NCBI GenBank assembly: GCA_041686735.1
Contig: JAWLDF010000005.1
Span: forward strand, 837-64,836
Source: Bacilli bacterium
GTDB lineage: Bacteria > Bacillota > Bacilli > JACDOE01
Direction: 5' to 3'
Length of the DNA: 64,000 bases
Shown here: one piece after another, positions 12,386-23,587 of the stretch
Position numbering within the stretch: position 1 is the stretch's first letter
Layout: every line of letters begins with the position of its first letter
Notes under the pieces: model-generated
The model's input: the letters and a program-made list of their open reading frames with translations, nothing else
What the model was told of the DNA's origin: nothing
The model's database searches: none
Program-made: the position numbers and the translations under genes

Positions 12386-13444
12386 TTATGACGAGGAAGA
12401 TAATTGTAAAACCTTATTCATTTCCTCATAAACACCGATCATTTCATGTACATAAACGGAGTAAGCACGTGCGATCTCTTTACTTGAGGTTGAACGGTTC
12501 ATGACTTGATGCGTAACATAGTCGAGCGCCGCTGCCCATACTTCCTTTTTTTCAATCCCGGGGACAAGAGGATAGACCGTCAACAAATACTCCATCCAGA
12601 TCTGGTAAGCAAAAGCATGGAATGTAGGATCATGATCCATTGTTCGTTCCGAAACCATTCTGATCACCTGTTGTTGATCAACCGGGATATCCTTTTCATC
12701 AAGGGGAACATCCTCAACATATATCTCCACCAACTGATCGAACTTGTAAACGGCGACGGTCCCCCTCTCCCCCATTTCTTTCAACGCCCTTAAAGCAAAT
12801 GTTTTCAAAATGGGGTGAGACTTCGGTAAAACGAGATATTCCTTAAAAACTTCGGACACTTCAGAGACGTTTAAAAACTTAAGACGTTCGATGGACAACA
12901 ATTGTTCTTCGTAAGTTCCTTGTTTTAATTGTTCGCTCAAGTCTTGAATTAAATGAGGGTTATTTTCTGCATCCTGTAAAACTTTCATACGCACCAGGTC
13001 TTCTTCCGTTTCAACCGATTCCTGTTCCTCTGCAAGCATAAGGCATGTTTCTTTCAACTGTCTTAATTCATCTCGTTCTCCATCGGATAACTTGTCTGAA
13101 TGCAGCATTAGTTCCAGTTGATCATACGCTTCATAAAATCTTTCCAGTTGCATGAGTGTTAATATATGTAGTCGTGATACCTGAAGCGGATTGCCGATTT
13201 TTTGAGTTAACATATGTTCCACAATTTCTAGAGTCCTGGGAAATTGTCCCATCTCATAATAAGTGACAGCCAGTCCGTACAAAGCTGTGACATGCTCGGG
13301 GTTTGTACGCAAAATTTGTACAAAGCTTTGCACAACCTGTTCAAAGTCCTTCCGCTCCCTCGCCTCGTTAGCCTGTTTCAACAACTTTTCCTCCAGATGG
13401 GGAAAAAGAACAATGTTATTACTTGATTGATGTTTGTTCATCAC
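12386..13444 (-). CDS. Tetratricopeptide-repeat protein (YsoA-like)
   Basis: N-terminal TPR-like helices (ALYGLAVTYYEMG); position upstream of tig as in B. subtilis. Confidence 0.7.
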   Translation of the reverse strand: MMNKHQSSNNIVLFPHLEEKLLKQANEARERKDFEQVVQSFVQILRTNPEHVTALYGLAVTYYEMGQFPRTLEIVEHMLTQKIGNPLQVSRLHILTLMQLERFYEAYDQLELMLHSDKLSDGERDELRQLKETCLMLAEEQESVETEEDLVRMKVLQDAENNPHLIQDLSEQLKQGTYEEQLLSIERLKFLNVSEVSEVFKEYLVLPKSHPILKTFALRALKEMGERGTVAVYKFDQLVEIYVEDVPLDEKDIPVDQQQVIRMVSERTMDHDPTFHAFAYQIWMEYLLTVYPLVPGIEKKEVWAAALDYVTHQVMNRSTSSKEIARAYSVYVHEMIGVYEEMNKVLQLSSSS

Positions 13445-13605
13445 CCTCGCCTCTCGATAACGTATAGTTAAAATATTATATCAAATTTAATGGACGATTC
13501 TCCAACATGAATGTGTTCAATATAAAAAAGGCTTTTGCCAGACTTCCCGCAGCTCTGGCAAAAGCCGGGGCAGGTTAACCTTCGCTCCCCTGATTGAGGC
13601 CGGGT

Positions 13606-13878
13606 TCAGTCGGAGAGGTTATCGAGCGTCTCATCTTTTCCATGTTCGTAACGAATGGGATCCGCTGCTGGATCAAGACGGGGAAGATCATCATGCAATC
13701 GTTTATTTTCAAAGGAAAAGCGTGGTTCGACATGCTCCCCCGTGTCCCACCCCGAACTTTTTCCCAGAGACATGGACGGGATGGGGGATCCGTAAGGACC
13801 TTCAGGAAATTCTTCGAGGGTACGGGAATGAATTTGATCATGATCTGTAGATAGAGGGGTGTAAGGATTCTTTTTCAT
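13606..13878 (-). CDS. Small hypothetical protein (EEFPEGPYGSP motif)
   Basis: RBS AGGAG upstream, followed by a terminator hairpin near 13525-13570. Confidence 0.65.
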   Translation of the reverse strand: MKKNPYTPLSTDHDQIHSRTLEEFPEGPYGSPIPSMSLGKSSGWDTGEHVEPRFSFENKRLHDDLPRLDPAADPIRYEHGKDETLDNLSD

Positions 13879-13932
13879 CGGATCAACTCCTTTTTACAGG
13901 TAGTATTCCCGATTTCGCTCCCTTACACACGA

Positions 13933-15303
13933 TTATGAACTATGAACGGGCGTCCTCTTTTTGTCACGATGAAATGTAAAAAGAAACAAGGTCAAGCTGA
14001 GCAAAATGAAGGCGATAAATGTGAAAAACAAATTGCTGTAAATGGCTGCAACCTTCATCTGCAACAATGGATTTATTATGAATTCAACCCGGGATACATC
14101 GAGAATTTTCCCCACAATGGAAAAACTGAAAGCTCCCGCCATGAAAAAAACCAGGTTATAAATTCCCATTCCAACCCCCGTCTGTTCCTGAGAAAGAGTA
14201 TTGGAGACGGTGCTTGCCAGAGAGGATTGCAAAAATGAGAACCCTGTGTAACACAAAATCAGTACTATACTGATGATCCAGCTTACACTTCCGGCCAGGC
14301 TGGATAATCCGAAAAAGCCCAGGGCAAGCAGAAATAATCCGATGATCACAACCGGCACTCCCCCTATCCTGTCGGTGAGGCGCCCCCCGTATGTACCCAA
14401 AAATGCAGCACTGATTGCCCCGGGAAACATGACCATCCCGATTTTAGCGGAAGTTAAATGATTGAGATCCTTTAACATCAACGGAACCATAAACATCATA
14501 CCGAAAACGGTACCGACAGCGAGAAATCCGGTAATCAGAACATTCCTGAAGCGATTGTTGCGAAAAAGCCTTGGTTGTATAAAGGGATGTTCCACCCTGT
14601 GAATGTGACGAACAAAAACAATCAGAAACAACAGGCTGACGGGAAGAATCCACCAGATAAAACGGGATATGAACAGCAAAAAGCCGGCGATTCCCGCGGC
14701 AAGAAAAATCGCTCCCCATAGATCAAATCTTCCTTCCCCCTTCTCTTCACGAGGCAGCCACTTCTGGAAAAACGGTATCGTGAACAGGGTCAGAAGTGAG
14801 ATCAAAAATAGATATCGCCAGTGCAGCATCCCGGCGATAAATCCTCCCACAATCGGTCCCACCGCTGAAGCGAATGCCACAGTGGATGCGATTGTACCGA
14901 GGACACTTCCCCTTTTTTGCGGCGGAAAATAGCGGGTGGCAACAAGCATGGCAAGAGCCGGAATCGCAGCAGATCCGGTTGCCTGTATCATGCGTCCGGC
15001 AATCAGCATCGGATACCATTGCGCAAAGGTTCCCACCAGAGAACCGACACTGAATGTCAATAAACCGATTGAAATTAAATGGCGTACGGGAAAAATATCC
15101 GCCAGTTTGCCATAGGTGACGGAACCGATAGAAAAGAAAACGATATAACCGGTAACAACCCAACTTACTTGGGAAGGTGATAATCCGAATTGTAATGCAA
15201 TATCGGGAATGGCTACATTAAACATTGTACCGTTGAGAACGGAAAAAAAGATAATGAAACTTAACAGTGGGACAATTCTTCTGATTTCTTTTTCCTTATC
15301 CAT
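13933..15303 (-). CDS. MFS DHA2-type efflux transporter, Tet(L)/Tet(K)-like fold
   Basis: About 14 TM segments; FSVLNGTMFNVAIPDIA, YGKLAD and GPIVGG motifs. Confidence 0.8.
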   Translation of the reverse strand: MDKEKEIRRIVPLLSFIIFFSVLNGTMFNVAIPDIALQFGLSPSQVSWVVTGYIVFFSIGSVTYGKLADIFPVRHLISIGLLTFSVGSLVGTFAQWYPMLIAGRMIQATGSAAIPALAMLVATRYFPPQKRGSVLGTIASTVAFASAVGPIVGGFIAGMLHWRYLFLISLLTLFTIPFFQKWLPREEKGEGRFDLWGAIFLAAGIAGFLLFISRFIWWILPVSLLFLIVFVRHIHRVEHPFIQPRLFRNNRFRNVLITGFLAVGTVFGMMFMVPLMLKDLNHLTSAKIGMVMFPGAISAAFLGTYGGRLTDRIGGVPVVIIGLFLLALGFFGLSSLAGSVSWIISIVLILCYTGFSFLQSSLASTVSNTLSQEQTGVGMGIYNLVFFMAGAFSFSIVGKILDVSRVEFIINPLLQMKVAAIYSNLFFTFIAFILLSLTLFLFTFHRDKKRTPVHSS

Positions 15304-15458
15304 TGTTTCTCTCCTCTCCCATATCCACATCCCATCATATCATATATCTTCCGGTTTTTAATAAACAAATCCCGCTGTCGGGACACTCACCACAGATACG
15401 TACGCCCCATACATTGTATTGACATGGATTTTTTTATGGGAAGAAAGGAGTTGAATGG

Positions 15459-15890
15459 ATGGCAGTCATTAAAGTAACCGATGAAGACGTAAAGATGCTG
15501 GCTCGACTGATGCGGGCAGAAGCTGAAGGTGAAGGCAACCTGGGAATGTTGATGGTAGGTAATGTCGGGGTCAACCGGATCCGTTCCAATTGTCTGGATT
15601 TCAGGGGAATAAGAACCATGCGACAAATGGTTTTTCAATCTCCCGGCGGTTTTGAAGCGACTCAAAAACCCTATTTTTATCAACGCGTCAGGGAATCTGA
15701 AATTCGTCTTGCCAGACAGGTGATTGACGGCAATCGATATCATCCGGCCAGTTATGCACTCTGGTTTTTTCGTCCGCAGGCGGGGTGTCCCGGTGCCTGG
15801 TACAATCAGGCCAATGCGGGCAGATATAAAGCTCATTGTTTTTATAATCCGTCCGGAAATGATTGCCCCAATGTCTACAATACTTTTTAA
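15459..15890 (+). CDS. cwlJ: Spore cortex-lytic enzyme CwlJ
   Basis: LARLMRAEAEGEG Hydrolase_2 motif; paired with gerQ. Confidence 0.92.
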   Translation: MAVIKVTDEDVKMLARLMRAEAEGEGNLGMLMVGNVGVNRIRSNCLDFRGIRTMRQMVFQSPGGFEATQKPYFYQRVRESEIRLARQVIDGNRYHPASYALWFFRPQAGCPGAWYNQANAGRYKAHCFYNPSGNDCPNVYNTF

Positions 15891-15919
15891 AACAAAAAAC
15901 ATAAAAGGAGGAGTTATTT

Positions 15920-16441
15920 ATGAAGAGTAGAAAATCAATGTCTCCCTGTGCAGGTTATGGAATGGGGAATGTTTACCCCGGCACTCCCGGAGGATTGGGA
16001 ACGGGTCCGGGTGGTTACCCCGGATATGGAGGTGGATACATGGCAATGCCTTATCCTGTAACACCACCTCCAACCCCCGGAACCCAGGGAACGCAGATGA
16101 TGCCGCCTTCCGGCGCTGTCATTCCCCCTGCCGTTACGCCTGCTGTCCCCCCTGTTGCACCCACCTTTGCCGTTGAAGAATCTTACATTGAAAATATTTT
16201 ACGTCTTAATCTGGGTAAAATGGCAACGGTCTATATGACTTTTGAAAATAACGAGGAGTGGAATGCCAAGGTTTTCCGGGGCGTGCTTGAAGCGGCCGGA
16301 AGAGATCATATTATTATCAGCGACCCGGAAACGGGAAGGCGTTATCTGTTATTGATGGTCAATCTGGATTACATTACTTTCGACGAAGAATTACAATATT
16401 TTTATCCCTATCCTGTACTGCCTCCCGTAACCTCAAGATGA
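15920..16441 (+). CDS. gerQ: Spore coat protein GerQ
   Basis: Gly/Pro-rich N-terminus; EESYIENILRLNLGK and AAGRDHIIISDP motifs. Confidence 0.92.
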   Translation: MKSRKSMSPCAGYGMGNVYPGTPGGLGTGPGGYPGYGGGYMAMPYPVTPPPTPGTQGTQMMPPSGAVIPPAVTPAVPPVAPTFAVEESYIENILRLNLGKMATVYMTFENNEEWNAKVFRGVLEAAGRDHIIISDPETGRRYLLLMVNLDYITFDEELQYFYPYPVLPPVTSR

Positions 16442-16583
16442 CTCAATAAATTATCGGCAAAAAGGCATACGGAGACGACCCGGAAAGTACATTCTGACGG
16501 GACCGTCTCTTTTTTTGTTTGCAATTGTACATCGTTCCTCTACAATAAAATACATGTGAACCTATTCATGGAGGAAAAAGGGA

Positions 16584-17936
16584 ATGCAACAAACAAACGG
16601 GATCAGTCTCAAACAATTATTTATGTTGACTTCAATTACCATCGCCGGACTTCTTTTTTCATTTGCCTTAGGGATACCTCTGGCGGCTGGTTTCCTTCCG
16701 GGACTTGTGACATTGGGAGTAATGGTTAATCGTGCCGGATTTTCATGGCGAGAGATCGGACAATCTGCCTATTCCGGCGCTGTTCAGACCCGTGAGGTCA
16801 TTTGGATTCTCATATTTGTCGGTCTGTTGATCCCTTCGTGGATGGCCAGCGGAACCACACCCTATATGATCGAAAAAGGATTGCAGTTCGTCATCCCCGA
16901 CCTGTTCTTAACTTCAGTTTTTGTGTTGGCTTCTGTCGTCTCCATGACACTGGGCACGTCCGTGGGTACCCTCAGTACGATCGGCATTCCTTTAACGGGC
17001 ATGGCTGCTGTTCTTGGTGTTCCTTTACCCTATGCCGGCGGCGCTCTCGTTTCCGGGGCATTTGTCGGTGATCGAACATCTCCTTTTTCCAGTGCGAGAC
17101 ACCTGATGGCTGTTGTAACCGGAGTGGATCACAAAGTACAGGGAAAGTCCATGCTTCCGACATCAGTCGCTGCGTTCGTTCTTTCACTGATATTTTTCAT
17201 TTTGTTTGATTTATATGGAAACTGGAAATTTTCTTTAATCCAAGACAATAACGAATCCTTTACAGAATGGTTTTCATACAGCCCGTTTTTGATGCTTCCA
17301 CCGCTGTTGCTTATCGGAACCATGATAGCCGGGGGAAAAGTAAAACACGCTTTTCCTGTAGCCATCGCAAGCAGTATGATCATCGGTACTCTGTACCAGA
17401 ACATCTCAGCAGAGGAGTGGGTCCGATATTTATTGTTCGGATTTCGTGAAAACGCCCCAGCCGCCTTACATAGTCAGGGACTGATCAACATGGCCGGACT
17501 CATGATCTTTATCGCATTGACCGGTTGCTTTAACGGAATTTTGGAGAAAACAAGGGTCCTTCATCCCTATTTTGAAAAGGTCCTGGCAACAGCAGACAAC
17601 CTTTTTTCCGCTACAAATCGTACCGTCCTGTTTGGCCTGGGAATGAATATGATTTCCTGCAATCAAACCTTACCGATCATGATCAGTGGAAGAAATCTGT
17701 TACCTTTCTGGACAAAACGTTTTCGACCAGAGGATCTCGCACGTGTGATCGCAGATTCGGTCCATATTTTTGCAGGGATGATTCCGTGGAATATGCTGGC
17801 CATTTTATGTAGTACAGTCATCGGAGTACCGGTGGCGGATTATCTCCCATATGCTGTCTTTTTGTGGTCAATGCCGATACTGACGACGATTTTATCCTAT
17901 ATCAAAACAAAATCTTATACTGGTATTAATAAATAA
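16584..17936 (+). CDS. NhaC-family Na+/H+ antiporter-like transporter
   Basis: GTSVGTLSTIG and SGAFVGDRTSPFS motifs; polytopic membrane protein. Confidence 0.8.
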   Translation: MQQTNGISLKQLFMLTSITIAGLLFSFALGIPLAAGFLPGLVTLGVMVNRAGFSWREIGQSAYSGAVQTREVIWILIFVGLLIPSWMASGTTPYMIEKGLQFVIPDLFLTSVFVLASVVSMTLGTSVGTLSTIGIPLTGMAAVLGVPLPYAGGALVSGAFVGDRTSPFSSARHLMAVVTGVDHKVQGKSMLPTSVAAFVLSLIFFILFDLYGNWKFSLIQDNNESFTEWFSYSPFLMLPPLLLIGTMIAGGKVKHAFPVAIASSMIIGTLYQNISAEEWVRYLLFGFRENAPAALHSQGLINMAGLMIFIALTGCFNGILEKTRVLHPYFEKVLATADNLFSATNRTVLFGLGMNMISCNQTLPIMISGRNLLPFWTKRFRPEDLARVIADSVHIFAGMIPWNMLAILCSTVIGVPVADYLPYAVFLWSMPILTTILSYIKTKSYTGINK

Positions 17937-18031
17937 CATACCCTATTTACCTGATCCCTTTTTAAACGTACGATATAGAGTAATTTATATGCATCAAGGG
18001 CCAGACCAAATACGTTTACGGGAGGGAATTT

Positions 18032-19276
18032 ATGTCGGAAGTATTAAATTCTTATGAAATTGTTGTCCGAAAGATTAAAGAGGTAACAAAGCTTCTGGGG
18101 ACCCCGTCCCATATCGCAGATATTTTGTCGAAACCGGCACGTGTCTTAACTGTTTCCTTTCCTGTAAAAATGGATGACGGTACGATCAAGGTATTTGAAG
18201 GGTATCGGTCTCAACATAACGATGCAATCGGACCAACCAAGGGAGGAATTCGCTTTCATCCTGCCGTTACATTTGATGAGGTAAAGGCTTTATCTATGTT
18301 GATGACCTTCAAATGCGGTGTCGTCGGCCTCCCCTACGGCGGAGCCAAAGGTGGCGTCATTTGCGATCCCCGTAAATTGAGCCAGGCTGAACTGGAGCGA
18401 ATCAGCCGCGCTTACATCGAAGCCATTTCTTCAATTATCGGACCGGATAAGGATATCCCCGCACCCGATGTCTATACCAATGCAAAAGTAATGGGTTGGA
18501 TGACGGATGCCTACAGTCGCATCAATCGAAGCTTTTCCCCCGCAGTGATCACCGGGAAACCTTTGATTATCGGTGGATCAAAGGGAAGGAATGAAGCTAC
18601 TGCCCGTGGATGTATGTATGCGATTCTGGAAGGGTTAAAATACCTTAACATATCGGCTGAGGGTGCAACGGTTGCCGTACAGGGATTCGGAAATGCCGGA
18701 CAAAACGCGGCACGTCTATTGAATGCCGCAGGTTGTAAGGTCGTTGCCGTATCTGACTCAAGTACGGCTATATATGATGCAAACGGACTTAATCTCGAAG
18801 AAGTAAACAGAGTTAAGGAGCAGGGTTCCCTCGCTGATTTTGACCGGTCCCGTCAGATTTCCCATGAAGAATTGCTTGCTCTCGAGGTCGATATCCTCAT
18901 CCCGGCTGCTCTGGAAAATGTGATTCACGAAAACAATGCTCCCGCTGTAAAAGCTAAAATTGTGGCGGAAGCGGCAAACGGTCCCACCACGCCGGCAGCA
19001 GACCGAATCCTTAAAGAAAAGGGAGTTCTTGTGATTCCGGACATTCTCGCCAATGCCGGCGGCGTCACCGTATCATATTTTGAATGGGTACAGAACCTGA
19101 TGAACTTTTATTGGACTGAAGATGAAGTCAATCAACGATTATACGAAATCATTGTTCAGTCTTTTGAGAGAATTATAAAAAATGCGGAAGTGCACCAGAC
19201 TGACATGCGCACCTCCGCTTACATGATTGCCATTGAGAGAGTGATCGAAGCCATGGATGCCCGCGGCTGGATTTAA
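18032..19276 (+). CDS. Glutamate dehydrogenase (Glu/Leu/Phe/Val family)
   Basis: GPTKGGIRF, GGAKGG, QGFGNAG and ANAGGVTVSYFEW motifs. Confidence 0.92.
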   Translation: MSEVLNSYEIVVRKIKEVTKLLGTPSHIADILSKPARVLTVSFPVKMDDGTIKVFEGYRSQHNDAIGPTKGGIRFHPAVTFDEVKALSMLMTFKCGVVGLPYGGAKGGVICDPRKLSQAELERISRAYIEAISSIIGPDKDIPAPDVYTNAKVMGWMTDAYSRINRSFSPAVITGKPLIIGGSKGRNEATARGCMYAILEGLKYLNISAEGATVAVQGFGNAGQNAARLLNAAGCKVVAVSDSSTAIYDANGLNLEEVNRVKEQGSLADFDRSRQISHEELLALEVDILIPAALENVIHENNAPAVKAKIVAEAANGPTTPAADRILKEKGVLVIPDILANAGGVTVSYFEWVQNLMNFYWTEDEVNQRLYEIIVQSFERIIKNAEVHQTDMRTSAYMIAIERVIEAMDARGWI

Positions 19277-20447
19277 TCCGGACTGCGCTGATCAGATTTT
19301 TTGTTGCTGACAGCCCCGGTCATTTGTTTCCATACCGAACCCTGTGCTTCATGTCCGCCCTCGATTCGTTCGAGGGCCATTATTATTTGCATTTGAACTT
19401 CAAATTCGGGATCGTTCTCCGCTTCACGTAATGCGGGAATCGCCGATTCGTCTCCACTTCATATAAAAACATGGCCGCTCGCCAGCGCACCAGTTTATTT
19501 TCATCCTTGAGTGCTTCGATCATCGGTCCTGTTGCTGCAGGGTCACCCAGATCCGAAAGAGCATCACCCGCGGTACGGCGGATAATGAATGCAGGATCAC
19601 GCAGTGCTTCAAATAACAGCGGCAATACACGGGAGTCATCCAGTTCTCCAAGATAGGCCACTGCAAGCCTTCTCACCGATACATGCGGATCACGGACCGC
19701 TTTTGTTAACAGATCAAGACAGGCGATATCCGGAGACATTTGTTGCAGAGCGGCATAACGTGTTCGCCAGTCGTCCGAGGACATCATCTCTCTGATTTTT
19801 TCTGGACTCAGCCGCTTCGTGGAAGGTTGTGACTTCAAAGCGAAGGACAATAATTCCTGCAGGCGTTGCTGAGGGTAGGCCGCTTCAAGTTCTTCCACCA
19901 CCTGTTTCGCGATGTCCTGCGGGTCTCCATAACGAATTCCCTGTTCGACCCATTTTCTTTCCAGAATCACATTTTCCGATGCCTTCTGTGCTTCCATTAC
20001 GACATTGACAAACCGTTCCGGAATGCCCACCCTGATTTCTTCAATTCCGGCAAGCAATTTTACCTGCATCGGGATGTCGCGAAACATTTGAATATAGACT
20101 CTGACTTCTCCGGGAGCCGTTTCATGTTTTTGCTCCTCGATTCGTATCTGTGCCTGTGCAGACTGCCTTTCTTTTTCCGATTGTTCCTGATTCTCACCTA
20201 ACAACTGTCTGATTTGAGATAAAACGGATTGCCAGTCTGCCCCTGGGTCACGGTCAACCGCAATAAAATCAGCGGTCTGAAACAATCCTTTTACACCTTC
20301 GATTTGAAGAATCTGACGCAATTCATCCGGAGCCTGATCCATCTGATCACGTTTAAAAGACCGGCGTACACCATCGGGCAATCTGGTATCCACCGTTAAT
20401 TTCATGGAATGGGGGCTTGGAGTCGGTTCAATGGAAATAAGCTTCAC
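19273..20447 (-). pseudogene. YpgR/CvfC-family protein (scaffold domain plus HEAT repeats) with a one-base frameshift near 19454; real or a sequencing error
   Basis: Adding one G in GTG-GA restores ...[50 protein letters not shown]..., ending at TAA 19273-19275. Confidence 0.8.
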
Positions 20448-20527
20448 ATTCCTTCCCTCCTTATGTCATTATTTTCATGGTAACACAAGGAGTCATTCCT
20501 CACTATGCGGGAATGTGCTCTGCGACA

Positions 20528-21571
20528 TCAACCGTCTTGCCCGACGCTTTCAGTTTCCGCAACAGCGAAGGTACCTCGAAATTTCTTTTTTTCCTGCAAA
20601 ATCTGGGAGATGGCCAGCAGTTCATAACATACAAATACCAGTGAAGACAGTTGCCCCTGCTCAATATGATCAAGATCATGAATGTATTTTTTTAATATCC
20701 GGATATGAGGAGTCAGATCCTCAACAACACGGGAGTCGTCCGACATTAATTTAGCAATCATTGAGGCAGCCTGCTCGATATTCTTCAGAACCTCGGGATC
20801 CATTTTTGCATTCATTTTTTGTATCGGAATGAGATTTCCCAGATGATAAAACGTCTTCTGCAACAGATCCAGTTCCCTTTGCTGAACTGTAAATTCTCGG
20901 ATTTCCGACATTTTGTGTTTGCGATATTGCCATTCTTCCCGTTGAAACTGAACATATTGAAGAGCCCGTTCCAGATCCCTGTTATACAGATGATATCGCA
21001 TGCGCAGTCCGTTTTTACTGCCGTTTCCATATAATATATTGTCGATGGTATCGACAATTAACATCGATGCACGTTGATACAGGTCACTTTTTAATTCCCG
21101 GATCATCGGTGCAAAACGGGGCGGCAACAAAAGAAAGTTAACCAGGGTAGATATTATGATTCCAATCGAGGTTGTTGCAAGTCGAATAAAGAAAGCCATC
21201 AAAAAATGATCTTCCGTCTCCGGGATCATAGCCGTTGCCGTGAGTGTTGCCACGATGATCGCATCGTCCCAGCGCAGTTTGTGACAGACCACAATGGTAA
21301 AAACGGCTGAAAGGGCAAAAGTCAGAGGAATTTGACCCCATAAAAAGTCAAAAAACATGGCAAATGCAGCCCCCACCGCCGCTGCCGGGAGACGGATCAT
21401 GCCTTTTTTTACCGAGGAGGCTGCCGTAGGTTCGATCGTGACAATGGCGGCGATCACGGCAAATACGACCGGAAAGTTAAAATACTGACATATTGCAGCT
21501 GTGATAAATACGGACAATCCTGTTTTGATTACTCGTCCACCCAGAATTTTTCTGAGATTCATCCAACTCAA
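20528..21571 (-). CDS. Aromatic acid exporter / FUSC-like family protein (YgaE-like)
   Basis: GGRVIKTGLSV and AIVTIEPT motifs; N-terminal TM block plus helical C-terminus; start may be 21562. Confidence 0.8.
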   Translation of the reverse strand: MSWMNLRKILGGRVIKTGLSVFITAAICQYFNFPVVFAVIAAIVTIEPTAASSVKKGMIRLPAAAVGAAFAMFFDFLWGQIPLTFALSAVFTIVVCHKLRWDDAIIVATLTATAMIPETEDHFLMAFFIRLATTSIGIIISTLVNFLLLPPRFAPMIRELKSDLYQRASMLIVDTIDNILYGNGSKNGLRMRYHLYNRDLERALQYVQFQREEWQYRKHKMSEIREFTVQQRELDLLQKTFYHLGNLIPIQKMNAKMDPEVLKNIEQAASMIAKLMSDDSRVVEDLTPHIRILKKYIHDLDHIEQGQLSSLVFVCYELLAISQILQEKKKFRGTFAVAETESVGQDG

Positions 21572-21742
21572 CTCCGAAGTATTCTTTATCTCTGTACATG
21601 ATTATATGGCAAAAGTGAGAAAAAACGTAGTATGTTGTTGAAATTTTGCCCCGATTGACAGGCACGGAGCCGGAGCCGCCTGTATAGAAATATGAAAGAA
21701 GGATGGGCGATGGCCCAATGTTATGCTGGAGGGATTGATTCT

Positions 21743-23587
21743 ATGTGCGGAATTACCGGATGGATCGACTGGAGTAGAGATTTAAGAAACGAACAATCCG
21801 TTCTAAGGGATATGACGGATGCGATGATCAAGCGGGGACCCGATGCAAGCGGAACCTGGGTGTCCGAACATGCCGCCCTCGGCCACCGACGATTGATTGT
21901 GGTGGATCCTGCAGGAGGCGGGCAGCCCATGGTCAGACTTTTCCGGGATCAACTTTTTGTCATGCTGTATAACGGAGAATTGTATAATACGGAGGAACTG
22001 CGCAATCAATTAAAATCCTTCGGACACCGTTTTCAATCCCATTCCGATACGGAAGTTTTATTTACCGCATATCTGCAATGGGGAGAACAGTGTTTGAACA
22101 AATTGAACGGCATTTTCTCTTTTGCCGTATGGAATGAAAATCAACAGCAACTGTTTATGGCACGGGATCGGCTCGGTGTAAAGCCCCTTTTCTACACTTT
22201 TAAAGAGAAAAGTTTTTTGTTTGGATCTGAGATCAAAGCACTCCTTGCCAATCCCGAAGTGCAACCGGTCATTGACCGCGAAGGTCTGGCGGAAATCTTC
22301 GCCATCGGTCCTGCACGCACTCCCGGACACGGTGTTTTTAAAGAGATCAAAGAATTGAAGCCCGGAGACTATCTCATTTTTGACCGGAACGGATTAAAGA
22401 TAAATTCGTACTGGCGGCTCGAATCCCGTGAACATCCCGATGATTTACCAAGCACGATTGAAAAGGTACGTTATCTCGTAGAAGATGCCGTGACCCGACA
22501 ACTGGTTTCTGATGTTCCGGTCTGCACTTTTTTGTCCGGAGGACTGGATTCAAGCGCCATCTCAGCCATTGCGGCCGCGGCCATGAATAAAAACGGTGAA
22601 GGTCCGCTCCACACCTATTCCGTCGATTATGCAGACAATGATCGCTATTTTCAGGCAAACGATTTCCAGCCCAACGCCGACGGACCCTGGATCAAAGAGG
22701 TGTCACGGCATATCGGTACCCGGCATCACAACATCACTATCGATTCTTCCCTGCTGGTTGATTCACTGTTGGACGCGATGCGTGCGAGAGACCTGCCTGG
22801 GATGGCGGATATTGATTCTTCCCTGTACCTGTTCTCAGCAGAAATAAAAAAAGGAGCCACAGTGGCATTGTCGGGCGAATGTGCAGATGAAGTTTTCGGA
22901 GGATATCCATGGTTGCGCAGGAAAGATACGATCGAGGCCGATACTTTTCCCTGGTCAACACGTCTTGATACCCGTCTCAGCATACTTTCCCCGGAAACCC
23001 GCCAATATATTGAAGCAGAAAAGTATCTGGCTTATCGTTATCATCAGGCTCTCGGGGAAGTTCCTCATCTTCACGAAGAAAATGAATACGAGCGCCGCAT
23101 GCGCGAGATCTTTTACCTCAACCTCACCCGCTGGATGCCCACCCTGCTTGACCGAAAAGACCGCATGAGTATGGCCTGCAGTCTGGAAGTTCGTGTTCCG
23201 TTTTGCGACCACCGCATTGTTGAATATGTATGGAACGTTCCGATCGAACAAAAATTTGCGGGAGACCGGGAGAAGGGTTTGTTGCGTCTGGCATTGAAAG
23301 GATTGTTACCGCAGGGTGTGCTGGAAAGGAAGAAAAGCCCGTACCCGAAAACCCATCATCCCCTGTATTTTGAAAAGGTAAGAGACTGGTTATTCGAAAT
23401 TTTGGATGACCCCGCTTCACCGATTCTGCCGTTTATCAATGAGGAAAAAATTCGGGAGATGGCGGCCGGAGATGTTCGTGCATCGGCCAAACCCTGGTTC
23501 GGTCAGTTAATGGGAGTATCTCAGCTGTTCGCTTACCTGATTCAGGTGAATACATGGTTAAAAGAATACCGTGTTTCTGTTCAATGA
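21743..23587 (+). CDS. asnB: Asparagine synthase (glutamine-hydrolysing), AsnO-like
   Basis: N-terminal MCGI Ntn motif, LSGGLDSS and SGECADE; start at 21743 behind GGAGGG. Confidence 0.93.
   Translation: MCGITGWIDWSRDLRNEQSVLRDMTDAMIKRGPDASGTWVSEHAALGHRRLIVVDPAGGGQPMVRLFRDQLFVMLYNGELYNTEELRNQLKSFGHRFQSHSDTEVLFTAYLQWGEQCLNKLNGIFSFAVWNENQQQLFMARDRLGVKPLFYTFKEKSFLFGSEIKALLANPEVQPVIDREGLAEIFAIGPARTPGHGVFKEIKELKPGDYLIFDRNGLKINSYWRLESREHPDDLPSTIEKVRYLVEDAVTRQLVSDVPVCTFLSGGLDSSAISAIAAAAMNKNGEGPLHTYSVDYADNDRYFQANDFQPNADGPWIKEVSRHIGTRHHNITIDSSLLVDSLLDAMRARDLPGMADIDSSLYLFSAEIKKGATVALSGECADEVFGGYPWLRRKDTIEADTFPWSTRLDTRLSILSPETRQYIEAEKYLAYRYHQALGEVPHLHEENEYERRMREIFYLNLTRWMPTLLDRKDRMSMACSLEVRVPFCDHRIVEYVWNVPIEQKFAGDREKGLLRLALKGLLPQGVLERKKSPYPKTHHPLYFEKVRDWLFEILDDPASPILPFINEEKIREMAAGDVRASAKPWFGQLMGVSQLFAYLIQVNTWLKEYRVSVQ

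Noticed and set aside
17937-18031. Sigma54 (SigL) promoter for glutamate dehydrogenase
   Set aside because: No TGGCA-N6-TTGC motif found.
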